From contig NW_025964001.1 in the NCBI RefSeq assembly GCF_023055435.1, forward strand, positions 4,588,001 through 4,652,000: a stretch of DNA of 64,000 nucleotides, given 5' to 3'. Shown here piece by piece: positions 52,768-64,000 of this stretch. Position 1 is the stretch's first letter, and each line of letters opens with the position of its first letter. The translations under genes were made by a program, and so were the position numbers. Source of the DNA: Haliotis rufescens. Lineage: Eukaryota. The notes under the pieces are model-generated. The model saw only the letters and a list, made by a program, of their open reading frames with translations. It was not told the DNA's origin and searched no databases.

Positions 52768-53455
52768 TGTGTCGAGGAATATACTGGCAGTACATGCTAT
52801 TTTAAGCCTTGTTTCCAGGAATATACTGGCAGAACATGTTATTTTAAGCCTTGTTTCGAGGAATATACTGGCAGTACATGCTATTTTAAGCCTTGTTTCG
52901 AGGAATATACTGGCAGTACATGCTATTTTAAGCCTTGTTTCGAGAAATATACTGGCAGTACATGTTATTTTAAGCCTTGTGTCGAGGAATATACTGGCAG
53001 TACATGCTATTTTAAGCCTTGTTTCGAGGAATATACTGGCAGTACATGTTATTTTAAGCCTTGTGTCGAGGAATATACTGGCAGTACATGTTATTTTAAG
53101 CCTTGTGTCGAGGAATATACTGGCAGTACATGTTATTTTAAGCCTTGTGTCGAGGAATATACTGGCAGTACATGTTATTTTAAGTCTTGTTTCGAGGAAT
53201 ATACTGGCAGTACATGTTATTTTAAGCCTTGTGTCGAGGAATATACTGGCAGTACATGTTATTTTAAGCCTTGTGTCGAGGAATATACTGGCAGTACATG
53301 TTATTTTAAGTCTTGTTTCGAGGAATATACTGGCAGTACATGTTATTTTAAGCCTTGTGTCGAGGAATATACTGGCAGTACATGTTATTTTAAGCCTTGT
53401 GTCGAGGAATATACTGGCAGTACATGTTATTTTAAGCCTTGTGTCGAGGAATATC
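52768..53455. repeat. 42-bp minisatellite, about 16 copies
   Basis: Unit tcgaggaatatactggcagtacatgttattttaagccttgtg. Confidence 0.96.
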
Positions 53456-53496
53456 CTTGGAGTGCCGAGTTTACCATGGCCCTGTGACTGTCTTCC

Positions 53497-54062
53497 ACAC
53501 CCTCGATCACCCTCAGGGCTGCCATTACACCGGTGGTCGCACCCTCCGATACACGCTCAGGGCTGCCATTACCCCGGTGGTCGCACCCTCGATCACCCTC
53601 AGGGCTGCCATTACACCGTGGTCGCACCCTCCGATACACGCTCAGGGCGAGCCATTACCCCGGTGGTCGCACCTTCGATTACCCTCAGGGCAAGCCACTA
53701 CCCCGGTCGCACCCTCACTCACCCTCAGGGCAAGCCACTACCCCGGTGGTCGCACCCTCGATCACCCTCAGGGCAAGCCACTACCCCGGTGGTCGCACCC
53801 TCGACCACCCTCAGGGCAAGCCATTACCCCGGTGGTCACACCCTCCGATACACGCTCAGGGCAAGCCATTACCCCGGTGGTCGCACCCTCGACCACCCTC
53901 AGGGCAAGCCATTACCCCGTTGGTCGCACCCTCCGATACACGCTCAGGGCAAGCCATTACCCCGGTGGTCGCACCCTCCGATACACCCTCAGGGCAAGCC
54001 ATTACCCCGGTGGTCGCACCCTCGATCACCCTCAGGGCAAGCCACCCTCCGATACACGCTAG
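53497..54062. repeat. 43/44-bp GC-rich minisatellite
   Basis: Unit ctcagggcaagccattaccccggtggtcgcaccctc(gatcacc/cgatacacg). Confidence 0.94.
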
Positions 54063-54623
54063 GCAGTACTGTTTAGACACAAACAGACAGACATTTTATT
54101 TCGTCTCACCTCGTCTCATAAAAAACATGCGTAAAATGGTAGTTTATTCATAAAAATAATAATGCAGCGCCACTCATATAAAGTTATGAGACGATACAAA
54201 ACTAAATGATATATAGGAATAAAATTGTTTTACCCATATAGCAATATCTTTATGCGTTTTAATATATTAAAAAAGCCTGTTTTGGCAGTGACATATACCT
54301 CATGTTTTAAAAGGACACACAATTTCTCATTTTAGCCGTTATACTCGTAAATGATGTGGATCTTTGATCATTTTATAATGGACATTGGAATAAAACACGT
54401 TTTTCATCTTCAATATGATCATTACAGTTAAAGCACACTCTGTCTTCAACCTTTAAGTAAATATATCTATCTGCTTGTTTAGATGGAGACGTTGTGGAGC
54501 TTGTTGGGATGCACACGATCATTTCAATCCCCTCTTGTGATGATGATGTTGTTTGGATAGTGACTTTGTAATCTTTGGTGTATAATACATGAGTGTGTAC
54601 GTAACTCTAGTTTTCTTTCTCCT

Positions 54624-54751
54624 TCGCTCGTCACGCCGAAGACCCGGATTCGATTCTCCACACGGTTGCAATGTGTGGAGCCAATTCCTGGTGTCCCTCG
54701 CCGTGATATTGCTGGAATATTGCTTAAAGTGGCGTAAAACAATACTCACTC
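54624..54751 (+). mobile_element. Family T SINE, 5'-truncated
   Basis: ttcgctcgtcacgccgaagacccggattcgattc...gctggaatattgct. Confidence 0.8.
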
Positions 54752-55072
54752 TGCTTGAGATATTAGTTCAAGCATGAAATAACAAACCCACTTCCCGGTC
54801 TCCTTAAATTGAAAACATGAACACTATCACTACACAAGAATATCAGTGACGTTTGCGAGTACGTTACGCTAGTTACAGGTAGCTGAAACTGCCCCGCGTA
54901 CACAGGTCGTATACCGTTTCTTCCAGATTATCCTCCATGGTCTAGTAACCATTTGCAAGTGGGTCTAGACCCTGTAATACTGCTGTGTGAGACAGTGTCT
55001 TTATGTACTCGTGAGGGTGCAGATTGATCTTGCTAGACGTAACTCAACATGCATGTCAAGTGTTCTCTAAAT

Positions 55073-55233
55073 GGGGCGGTGAGTAGCCTAGTGGTTAATG
55101 CGTTCGCTCGTCACACCGAAGGCATGGGTTCGATTTCCCACATGGGTACAATGTGTGAAGCCTGTTTCTGGTGTCTCCGCCGTCATATTGATGGGATATT
55201 GCCAAAGGTGGCCTAAATCCATACTCACTCACT
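55073..55233 (+). mobile_element. Family T SINE
   Basis: ggggcggtgagtagcctagtggtt...actcactcac. Confidence 0.85.
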
Positions 55234-55559
55234 TTTAATGACCTGATTCAAACGTGTTAGGACTGTGGTGAGCTAAGGATCACCTTATGCCTTCATCCCA
55301 GTAGCATCTACCCCAGTAGGTTATCCGTTCACTCTTACAATTCGGCTCAAGGGCGCCACGAACCAACTTATTAGTACTCACGAATTTCTGCGGTTCCCCA
55401 GCCCTACATCTGTGGGTGAGATGGAATTGGGATTAGCGCCGCGTTCAAGATTATTCAACTTTCATAGCGACAAGTTTGTGTTTGCCTGTCTGTTTGTTTG
55501 TTTGTTTGTGCGTGTGCGTGTGCGTGTGCGTGTGCGTGTTTATATTGATAGCCCACTGA

Positions 55560-55732
55560 AACACCAGGGCGAAGTATAGCATCACCCCACACATACACAG
55601 TTTACTGCCTCCGAGCCGAACAGTCCTTGATTTACCACTTTAGTGCCGAGCGCCAGGCAGGGTAACAACAAGTACCATCTTTTAACGTCTTTCGGTATGA
55701 AGCGGCCTCGGATCGAACCCCGGACCTTCCGA
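55560..55732 (-). mobile_element. Family M SINE, degenerate
   Basis: gccgagcgccaggcagggtaacaacaagtaccatcttttaacgtctttcggtatga...gatcgaaccccggaccttcc. Confidence 0.75.
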
Positions 55733-56077
55733 ACTGTGGTGTAGTTGAACGTTTCTGTAGCGGCACACTGGAGGTAATATGGTCATTATACTTGGATCCG
55801 CGTGGCACAGTTCATAGGTACATTCTGTTGTTGCCGTTACGCTGCACCGTTACACTACATGCAGGAGGAAAAAGGACGATGTTTGCATGTCACACATTCA
55901 ATAACAGATACCGCCGTCATATAGCTGGAATATTGCTGAGTGCGGCGTTAAACAACAAACAACAATACCAGATGGGAACCAAGCATAAAAAACAAACATA
56001 CAATATCCGGCCCAATGCGAAGACAGGCGACGTATTTAGATCACATAAAATTACTGTACATAAAGTATATAAATAAA

Positions 56078-56218
56078 CGAGTATGGGTTTTCGTCGCTTT
56101 TATCAATATTCCAACAATATCAGGGCAAGGGATACCAGAAATGGGCTTCACACTTTGTACCCATGTGGGGAATCGAATCCAACCACGAGTTTTAATCACT
56201 TGGCTACCCCACCGACCC
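56078..56218 (-). mobile_element. Family T SINE, degenerate
   Basis: ccagaaatgggcttcacactttgtacccatgtggggaatcgaa. Confidence 0.75.
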
Positions 56219-56334
56219 ACGTAAGGTACATAGAACGTATAAAGTATTTATGTTCAGTTTGAACAACTCTGATGTTGATAGTAACACAGACCCAAAAGCG
56301 AAGAAGGTATTTTCAAATGACACTGCAATATAGT

Positions 56335-56594
56335 CCCGTGAAGATCAGGGGTAGAATAGGTCTTCAGGAACCCCTGCTTGCCGTAAAAGGCGACTAAGCC
56401 TGTCGTAAGAGGCGACTAACGGGATCGGATGGTCAGCCCCGCTGACTTAGTTGATGCATGTCATCGTATCTCAATTGCGTGGATCGGTACACATGATGTC
56501 AATCACTGGATTGTCTGGTCCAGACCCTATTTTTAACAGACCGCCGTCATATAGCTGTAATATTGCCGAGTGCGGCGTTAAACAACAAACAAAC
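56335..56594 (+). mobile_element. Family H SINE-like element, full length, doubled hairpin
   Basis: cccgtgaagatcaggggtagaataggtcttcaggaacccctgcttgccgtaaaaggcgactaagcctgtcgtaagaggcgactaacggg. Confidence 0.9.
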
Positions 56595-57468
56595 ACTATT
56601 TACGCTTTATGTGTACCCCCACGGGACAGTCGTAGTGGTCAGTCATCCTAATTACCGGTCAATTGACCGCTGGCAGTCGAGGATGTTTGCCTACGACTCG
56701 TCATAACAGTGTGTCTGCAGCAATATTATTGTACCGTTAATCATTGTGGTTCTTCCCACTTAAGACGGTGTCGGGTTATGGTGGTTTATGTGTTCACGAC
56801 GAGACTGTGTGATAAATATTCAATCTGGGTTAGGAGAATGCTTAACGTTGCACAATCCAGTCACCCGGATGTCAGAGATAGTCTGCTACCTTCAAGAGCA
56901 GACGTCAGTTCTGGCAGCTTTATTGGTGCACATGATACTGGTTAGAACCGGTCGCAAGACATCGGGGCAAACGTGCCTCGGTGGGACTATAACACTGTTC
57001 GCGGGGGGTCTCATTAAAAGAGTGATTAATCGAAATTCTCACGGTGAACCCAAAGTCTCAGTTGACTATGCAGTTGTCTACGATTGCCCATCAGTTTGTG
57101 TTTGAGGTGTCCCACTATGTCCAATCAATATATATGAGGGCTTCATTGCGTCTTTTATTGCCATCCTCTATCCTATTATCGCCATTAGATACGCATCTAG
57201 ATAGCAAAGTTTTGATACCTGGCCATTTGTGAATATTCAACCACAGAGGAGAATGACACGAGACTTAACTCCAGCACTGCTCGGGTATCCCACGTTTACC
57301 ATTCTGGTGAAGAAACTACGCTGTTTTGTTGACAAAAAGCCGATAAAAATGAGGGGGAAGGTGTTCTAATCAGCGGATCTTAGCACATATTAGGGGCGCA
57401 ACTCTGCACAGCGAATTACAGCAATTAGTCCCCCCATGTCTCCTGACATTAAAAATCTTCTCTCAAAG

Positions 57469-57732
57469 TGTCCCAGTCGTTAAGGCGCCGGAATTCGCAG
57501 TGCAGAGCTGCGTTCCTTGGGCATGCCAGAAATCTATGATCGTGGGTTCGAATCCCGGTTCGCCCCGATTATGTTTCTAGGTTTGTAAGCACAATATCCG
57601 TGCACGTGGGCTTCACTAAAGTGGTAAACGTCTGAGACCTTTAATACTCCGGGTTTTCGTCCCACATTAAACTTACACGCCGTTATATATAAGGAATACT
57701 GTTCAAAGCGGCGTTCAACCCAACTAACTCAC
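57469..57732 (+). mobile_element. Family V SINE
   Basis: cccagtcgttaaggcgcc...gggttcgaatcccggttcgcccc...aaagcggcgttcaacc. Confidence 0.85.
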
Positions 57733-58176
57733 TGGTCGTTAACAACATGGTTCCTATCACCCGACAAGTATGAGCAATATATGTCTATATGTGATACGAC
57801 AGCTAAAAGTTTCGTATTCTTCCTGTCAATGTAATCTGTCGCCGCATCAATACATTCAAGGTCTCGCTGAGCAATATAGGTCTCGCGTGATCAATGACTC
57901 TGACAGCCTGGATAAAGTAAATGTCAAGATCCTATCTTGACCGGCCAGACGTTAAGGTTTATAAGCAGACGACACTACAAATGTGATAGTGATGTCCCTG
58001 TAGATAGCGTTATGACGGTCAATTACACAAGGGTGTTAATCACGTTCTTATAATGGAGTACCGTTAACTTGCAAATGTACAAATGCGGTTAATGAGTCAC
58101 TGGGTGCTTAGGTAGACAAGCATCCTTTCTCTTAATGTTTATATACCGTTAGCGTGTCGTACACTATTATTCAGAG

Positions 58177-58330
58177 GAGCCGTGGGGTAGCCTAGTGGTT
58201 CAAGCGTTCGCTAGTCACGCCGAAGGCCCGGGTTCGACTTTCGACAGGGGTACAATGTGTGAAACCCATTTCTGGTATCCCACTTCATGATATTGCTGGA
58301 ACATTGCTAAAACGACGAAAAGCGCACTCA
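58177..58330 (+). mobile_element. Family T SINE
   Basis: gggtagcctagtggttcaagcgttcgctagtcacgccgaaggcccgggttcga. Confidence 0.8.
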
Positions 58331-58608
58331 CAAGTATTCAGAAATAGATCTTAATGTGGCAGGTATGTTTTTTTTAGTTCTTTCTTGGTTGTGCATAGAT
58401 ACGTGTGTTATCACTACAATGATGCGTTGATCGTGGGTTCGAATCCCAGTTTGATTCGACTATAATCATTGTTTTGTCAACGCTATATAACCGATCACAT
58501 CGGTTTCACGAACAGAATCGTCGACGACCGGCGTTACCTGAACTTTGTGACTGAATGTGACTGAACTACGTGTTAATATTATTATATTACACATCCAACT
58601 CGTATGAA

Positions 58609-58796
58609 CTGTACATAGCCAGTAACACAAGCCAGTGACATTGATAGATCCGTCAATGAGTGCCACCATTTTGACACTTTGTTTGTAAGGCTGGTTATAA
58701 GTCACAGTAGAACACCCCTACTCACAGGACGTGAACAGGTCTCCTGGTCTTGAGACAATGTAAACGGCGGATAATTTAAGAGTCTCTACTGATTCA
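58609..58796 (+). repeat. Left arm of a 188-bp inverted repeat
   Basis: Reverse complement of 61303-61490 with 7 mismatches by manual alignment. Confidence 0.95.
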
Positions 58797-58936
58797 AGGG
58801 TTCATTCCTATCATCAACAACTGGTTCGCCTGCTCCAGACTCGACTACTAGCACCCCACCACGTGGAATACTATATCATAAACAGCATTCACTCGCTCAC
58901 TCGCGTCGTGCCAATTACCCCTACATCTTATTTAAA

Positions 58937-59093
58937 TGAGTAAGTATTGTGTTACGCCGAATTTAGCAGTAACACCAGTATCACGGCGGGGAACTCTCGA
59001 AATGGGCTTCAGATATTGTATCCATGTGGGGAATCGAACCCGGGTCTTCGTTATGACGAGCGAACTCTTTAACCGCTAGGCTACCCCGCCCCC
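58937..59093 (-). mobile_element. Family T SINE
   Basis: gaaatgggcttca...ccatgtggggaatcgaacccgggtcttcg...ctaggctacccc, then a poly-C run. Confidence 0.8.
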
Positions 59094-59245
59094 CCCCCCC
59101 CCCCCCCCCCCTAATTTAAATGAAATTGGGCATAAATAACAAATTGAACTTAATTTATATTTGTTAACTGCTGATGTTAATCACAGGAATCAGAACCAAA
59201 CTGAACTAGCTGGAATGATGCCATTCCGATCTCCGATGCCCGGGA

Positions 59246-59475
59246 AGCACGGGTGCCCCAGGCGTCGCAATTGCCTCTGAAGAGTTGCGTCCCTTAGGTG
59301 TGCAAGAATCCTATGATTCTAATCCCAGATTCGACCTGTGTATGATTATTGGTTTGTCTTCACCACATCCGTGCTCGTAGGTTTCATGTTAATGTCTGAG
59401 AACAGTATCACTTTGGGATTTCCTACCACATTAAGCTATACCCAACTGTTCAAAGCGGCGTTGAACCCAACACAC
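59246..59475 (+). mobile_element. Family V SINE, degenerate
   Basis: agagttgcgtccctt, ccgtgctcgtaggtttca and aaagcggcgttgaacc. Confidence 0.65.
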
Positions 59476-60250
59476 GTGAACGTCTGCTCCGTCCTGACTT
59501 GCCCGGCTGTACCGAAAGATGGACGATGTTGACACCACCTGTGCACGTGCTCACTGGAATAAATGGCCCAATACCGTGATCGGATCTGTTAACCTTTATG
59601 CATAGGCTCGATTCATAGCAGGGTGTTACAACCACATGCTCTTGTCCGGGCTAGCAAACTCTGTATTAAGCAGGGTCACGTTGCTAAATGATACATCAAG
59701 TTCTATCAAAAACTACTTGAAAACTGAAAAAGTTGTTCCCATTACCATTAAGAGCAAAGCATGGATTCCATTTCAGACGGCCGGAAAGGTATTGACGAGT
59801 TTGTGTTTTGTCATCAGAACAAAGCGACCTCTTTCCATGGAGATTATCAGAAGCGTCTGGAGACTACCAGACTTTTGTCTGGTCCATAGGATGCACAGCG
59901 GCAGCTGTACCTAGCGACTCTTTGTCAACACGCTTTCAATTACAGTATACGTGCATCGGTGTCAACGTGGTTAGATAATTCTTTATTGGTAATTTGGAAG
60001 TAACTGCACCACGAAACTTTTTTGTGTTAACTGAGTTCTGTGAGTTTTGTGAATGAGCTTTGTGAGTGAGTGAGGTTTTACTTCACTTTTAGAAATATCC
60101 CGTCCATATAACGGCCTTGATCACCACGGTTGGGCTTGACATGTTGTACACGTGATTGGAATCATTTCTTTAAAGTAACAGTTCCTCTTCTGCTGTGGAA
60201 TTAAGGAAAGTAGACTCGGTTTTGTTTAATCTAGACTTGCCTAGGCTTTA

Positions 60251-60255
60251 GTGTG

Positions 60256-60330
<75 letters not shown>

Positions 60331-60566
60331 ACACGAAAACAAACACTAAACACACTACATACACACACTACACACAGACACCACACTCACTACTCACCAA
60401 ACACACACTACATAAACACACTGCACTCACACCACACGTGTTACACACACTTTATACAAACACTACATGCACACACTCACACGCTACACACACCACAAAC
60501 ACACTGCACTCACAACACACACACAGACTACATACTAACACGCTACACACACTACATACAAACACA
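60251..60566. repeat. (GT)n followed by a CA-rich low-complexity tract running into an N gap
   Basis: Directly visible. Confidence 0.95.
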
Positions 60567-61302
60567 NNNNNNNNNNNNNNNNNNNNNNNNNNNNNNNNNN
60601 NNNNNNNNNNNNNNNNNNNNNNNNNNNNNNNNNNNNNNNNNNNNNNNNNNNNNNNNNNNNNNNNNNNNNNNNNNNNNNNNNNNNNNNNNNNNNNNNNNNN
60701 NNNNNNNNNNNNNNNCATAATATTCAATACGCCCCATATCATGATACGTCTGATATCATATCCTGGGATCATTAATTGTATACAACTAACTAGAACTTGT
60801 TTACAGTGTATGTTTGAACTAAAGTAAACAATTTGCCCGTGGCTTGCCATGCGCGAGAAACCATTGTGTGGCACACCAATATTGTCAATTTGTCAGGGAG
60901 TGTCTGACTTGAAGCCAATCTGGAGAACCGAGCACCTCTACTGATAGCAAGGCAAAGATCAGTTTCACCGGAGCCGCTGACATTTGCCATTGGTAGGTGG
61001 TGATTGTCTTTCAGATGTCGTCTGCTCGCTTCCACTCTATATCTCACGTCTGTTGTTTCTTCCAAGTGTCTAACGCGGGACGTCTGGTATCATCTTGTAA
61101 TTCAGCACGTCCGCTACCCCTTACATCACTGACTTGTTCTGGGACTGTCGTCTGCCAAATCCCGCCATTTAGCCATGCCCTCGGAACAGTCATCGGGTTG
61201 TAATTATAACCCGGTGTTTAGGCCCACCTCACCTGGCCAGATGTCGAGATGGTGAAGACATGTTTATGTTCAAACACAAGTCAAACTTAATCCTTGGACG
61301 AA

Positions 61303-61490
61303 TGAATCAGAAGAAACTCTTAAATTATCCGCCGTTTACATTGTCTCAAGACCAGGAGACCTGTTCACGGCCTGTGAGTAGGGGTGCTCTACTCTGACTT
61401 ATAACCAGCCTTACAAACAAAGTGTCAAAATGGTGGCACTCATTGACGGATCTATCAATGTCACTGGCTTGTGTTACTGGCTTTGTCCAG
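61303..61490 (-). repeat. Right arm of the 188-bp inverted repeat
   Basis: Reverse complement of 58609-58796. Confidence 0.95.
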
Positions 61491-64000
61491 AAGACGGTGT
61501 AATATAGCCAGTCTTATATCAACCCGGTGTTTTAGAGTTTTGGGGATTATAATGTTCTTATGTCTGATCCACCAGAGAAGTCAGTAATCGGATCTATATG
61601 TATCATCCATGGATATACTAACGATATAAAGAAATGACAATTGAATACGTTATAAACGATAAGATTACGTTCTATAGCCACGGCGATTGACATTCCATAT
61701 TTCTAATGTTAAATCCGTTAGTGATTGATGTATTCTATCTGTAAAATAGTTCAAATACTAACGGTTATTTGAAACTAGATACGAACCAAACTATCTGCTC
61801 GGGTCGTGTTTGTGACGACCCGCTAACACTACCATCGAATTACGGTTGAGTGCAAGATCAGGCGCAGCTTCAGAATAGATGTATGGTAATTATTTCTGGC
61901 GAAAACCTGAGACGTGCAATTGTCATGATGTTTGATGGGCGCTGAGGATCCCGGCGACTGAGATAGATGGTGGCCCTTGTGGGATTCCGTAGGTGGTGGG
62001 AGGTAGCTAATGCTTACCTCACGACTATTTCCACTAAATACGTGCTTCCTGAAGCCCCGAGAAGTAACCGCTGGGGGAAGCGGGGAGTAAATACTCACGT
62101 GCAGTCGGTGTAAACATGGAGTGTCTTTGGTAACCTTAATCAACCACATCGTCATAGGTATTAAGGGTTTACTCAAAAGCATTATCTATATCCGGGCGAA
62201 CATCCGACGGCGCTTTCCTTCAAAATACACATATAGATGGACTACTTAGGGGCCTTATCAACGAGATTACAAACCAACACTGCATGTTTGTCTTTTGTTA
62301 GGAAAACTTTGATGCTACATGCTTAGAAACACAAGACTTTCTGCGCCTTGCCTACCCCTACCCCCCATCATCAATCCTTCGGCACACTAAACCCTACCCC
62401 AACCCCTTACACCCACCCCCGCGTCCATAGTCTTTATTCCCCACCAGCTCGCGTTTTGTTTAAAACTATTTTGTCTTTTAATGATAATCAGTTTCTTCGT
62501 TTAACTGGTCGTCCTTTATCTGATGCACACGTTCTCGTAGCACCTATTTAGAATGACGTCCCGACTGGGAGACAGACCACTTGCACCAACCCACCCCTTC
62601 CACCAACCACATCGTGCCGTATCTTATCCCGTGAAGTACATCACATTACACGACGGTTAATGGCAAATCCCCGGACAGATACACGCGTTTCCAATATACG
62701 TCTTCTCAAGACTTCAAACAAGGATTTGAAAACCGATTTTATCTATACGAGAGAACTATGTGCTTGAAACGACATAGGAGTTGGATCATCGTCACATATC
62801 CCGAAAAATTTCTCTTTCAAATTACGAACTCTTCTATTATATAGCAATAAAGATAAGGAGGCATATACGCGTGCCCTATACACTGGCTCACGTATGTAAT
62901 TATCAAGTTTCGTAACGTATACAGTACACCAGAAATAGCTAAAACCTGCAATTGCTGACAATTCTAATGCAGCTTCAATACCTATCTCCCAAACTTTCTT
63001 AAACTTTATTAATCGTCTGTCCAAATATTTCCAAAGACGTCTTTTACAAGAAAGATTTAGGGTTATAGAACAAAGTATTTTTTACAAAAGTCTGAAAAAA
63101 GATGGGGCACAGTTGACCCAGTGATCTAAGAAGTCAGGATCAAGGTTCGATTCCTAGATTCTCCCCAACAACGATCCTTGGTTTGTCAGAAACCACATCT
63201 ATGCTTGGGGGGTGTTCAACGTCTACGTCCACGTCTACGTCCACGTCTACGGCTGAGCATCCTCCCCCACCGAGCTGCCACGCCATCTGCAACCACCATA
63301 CTGTTCAAAGCGGCGTTAAACCACCCACTCTCTCACTACGTCAAACATCCAGTATTAACAATGTCCGGCTAGGCGACACGTCCATGGACATACTATTGAA
63401 CACGAGACAATACATACCAACTATAAATGTCGTGTTCGTGTCAAAACTAGCGATATCAGCCCAGCGTTCCGCTGTCGAACGTCTTGATGAGCAGTGTCGA
63501 TCTTCCTAGTCTTGTGGCCACGAGGCCAGCCATTAAGATAAATGGATATGTCCTGTGATAATCCAGGGACAACTCGTGCTGGTGTCCGACTGTGCCCGGG
63601 GCATCATTGTGATCCTACAGTTTGTGTTTAACTATAAACCCCCCTCGTTATCACACAATCAATATCAGTGTAGTCTGTTGTCGTGATCCCAAGTGCTGGC
63701 AACACGATGGTTCTTAAGTATGGCGAGCGACCGACGCCACCACAGCAATTTGATTGCCCGGTATTTAACACAGCGATGATACCGCATTATCGGAGTGTCT
63801 ACACCACCGAGGGTTGTGTGTATACAAATCTCTACATATGTGGATGTGTGGTTGTCGTTTACGATGTTGTTGGGCAATAATGCCGTATATACACTACATA
63901 TACAAACACATTCATATATTACCCATGGTTGTCGTTCGTGTTAACATTACGATATTGACATTGTTTTCGTTTACTTTCAAATACGTTAACGGATTAATGA

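Noticed and set aside
52769-54076. 435-aa ORF (SRNILAVHVILSLV repeats)
   Set aside because: It is a translation of two minisatellites (42 bp is a multiple of 3), has a non-ATG start, and shows no domain.

Overview
Eukaryotic, repeat-rich non-coding DNA (intergenic or a large intron) with two N gaps (42804-43095, 60567-60715). The repeat content looks like a gastropod mollusc, possibly abalone (Haliotis); this is an inference from remembered SINE families and was not verified. I found no intact host gene. The only recognisable protein-coding remnants are a decayed mariner transposase (1-1069) and the C-terminal CCHC end of a non-LTR retrotransposon ORF2 (43223-43474, minus strand). The long ORFs in the track come from minisatellites. 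The window contains four interspersed SINE-like families with related 3' tails, which I label T (short tRNA SINE), V (V-domain-like tRNA SINE), M (Meta-domain-like tRNA SINE) and H (no tRNA head). It also contains two MITE families, a Helentron-like element, nine minisatellite arrays and several promoter-like motif clusters. The best candidate for something new is the 5' head of family H. It has a precise start, no Pol III boxes, and a predicted pseudoknot with limited covariation between copies, so it could be a self-cleaving or processing RNA module. Other leads are a 25-bp satellite with about 20 let-7 8mer sites on its minus strand and a 188-bp, ~96% identical inverted repeat near the window end.
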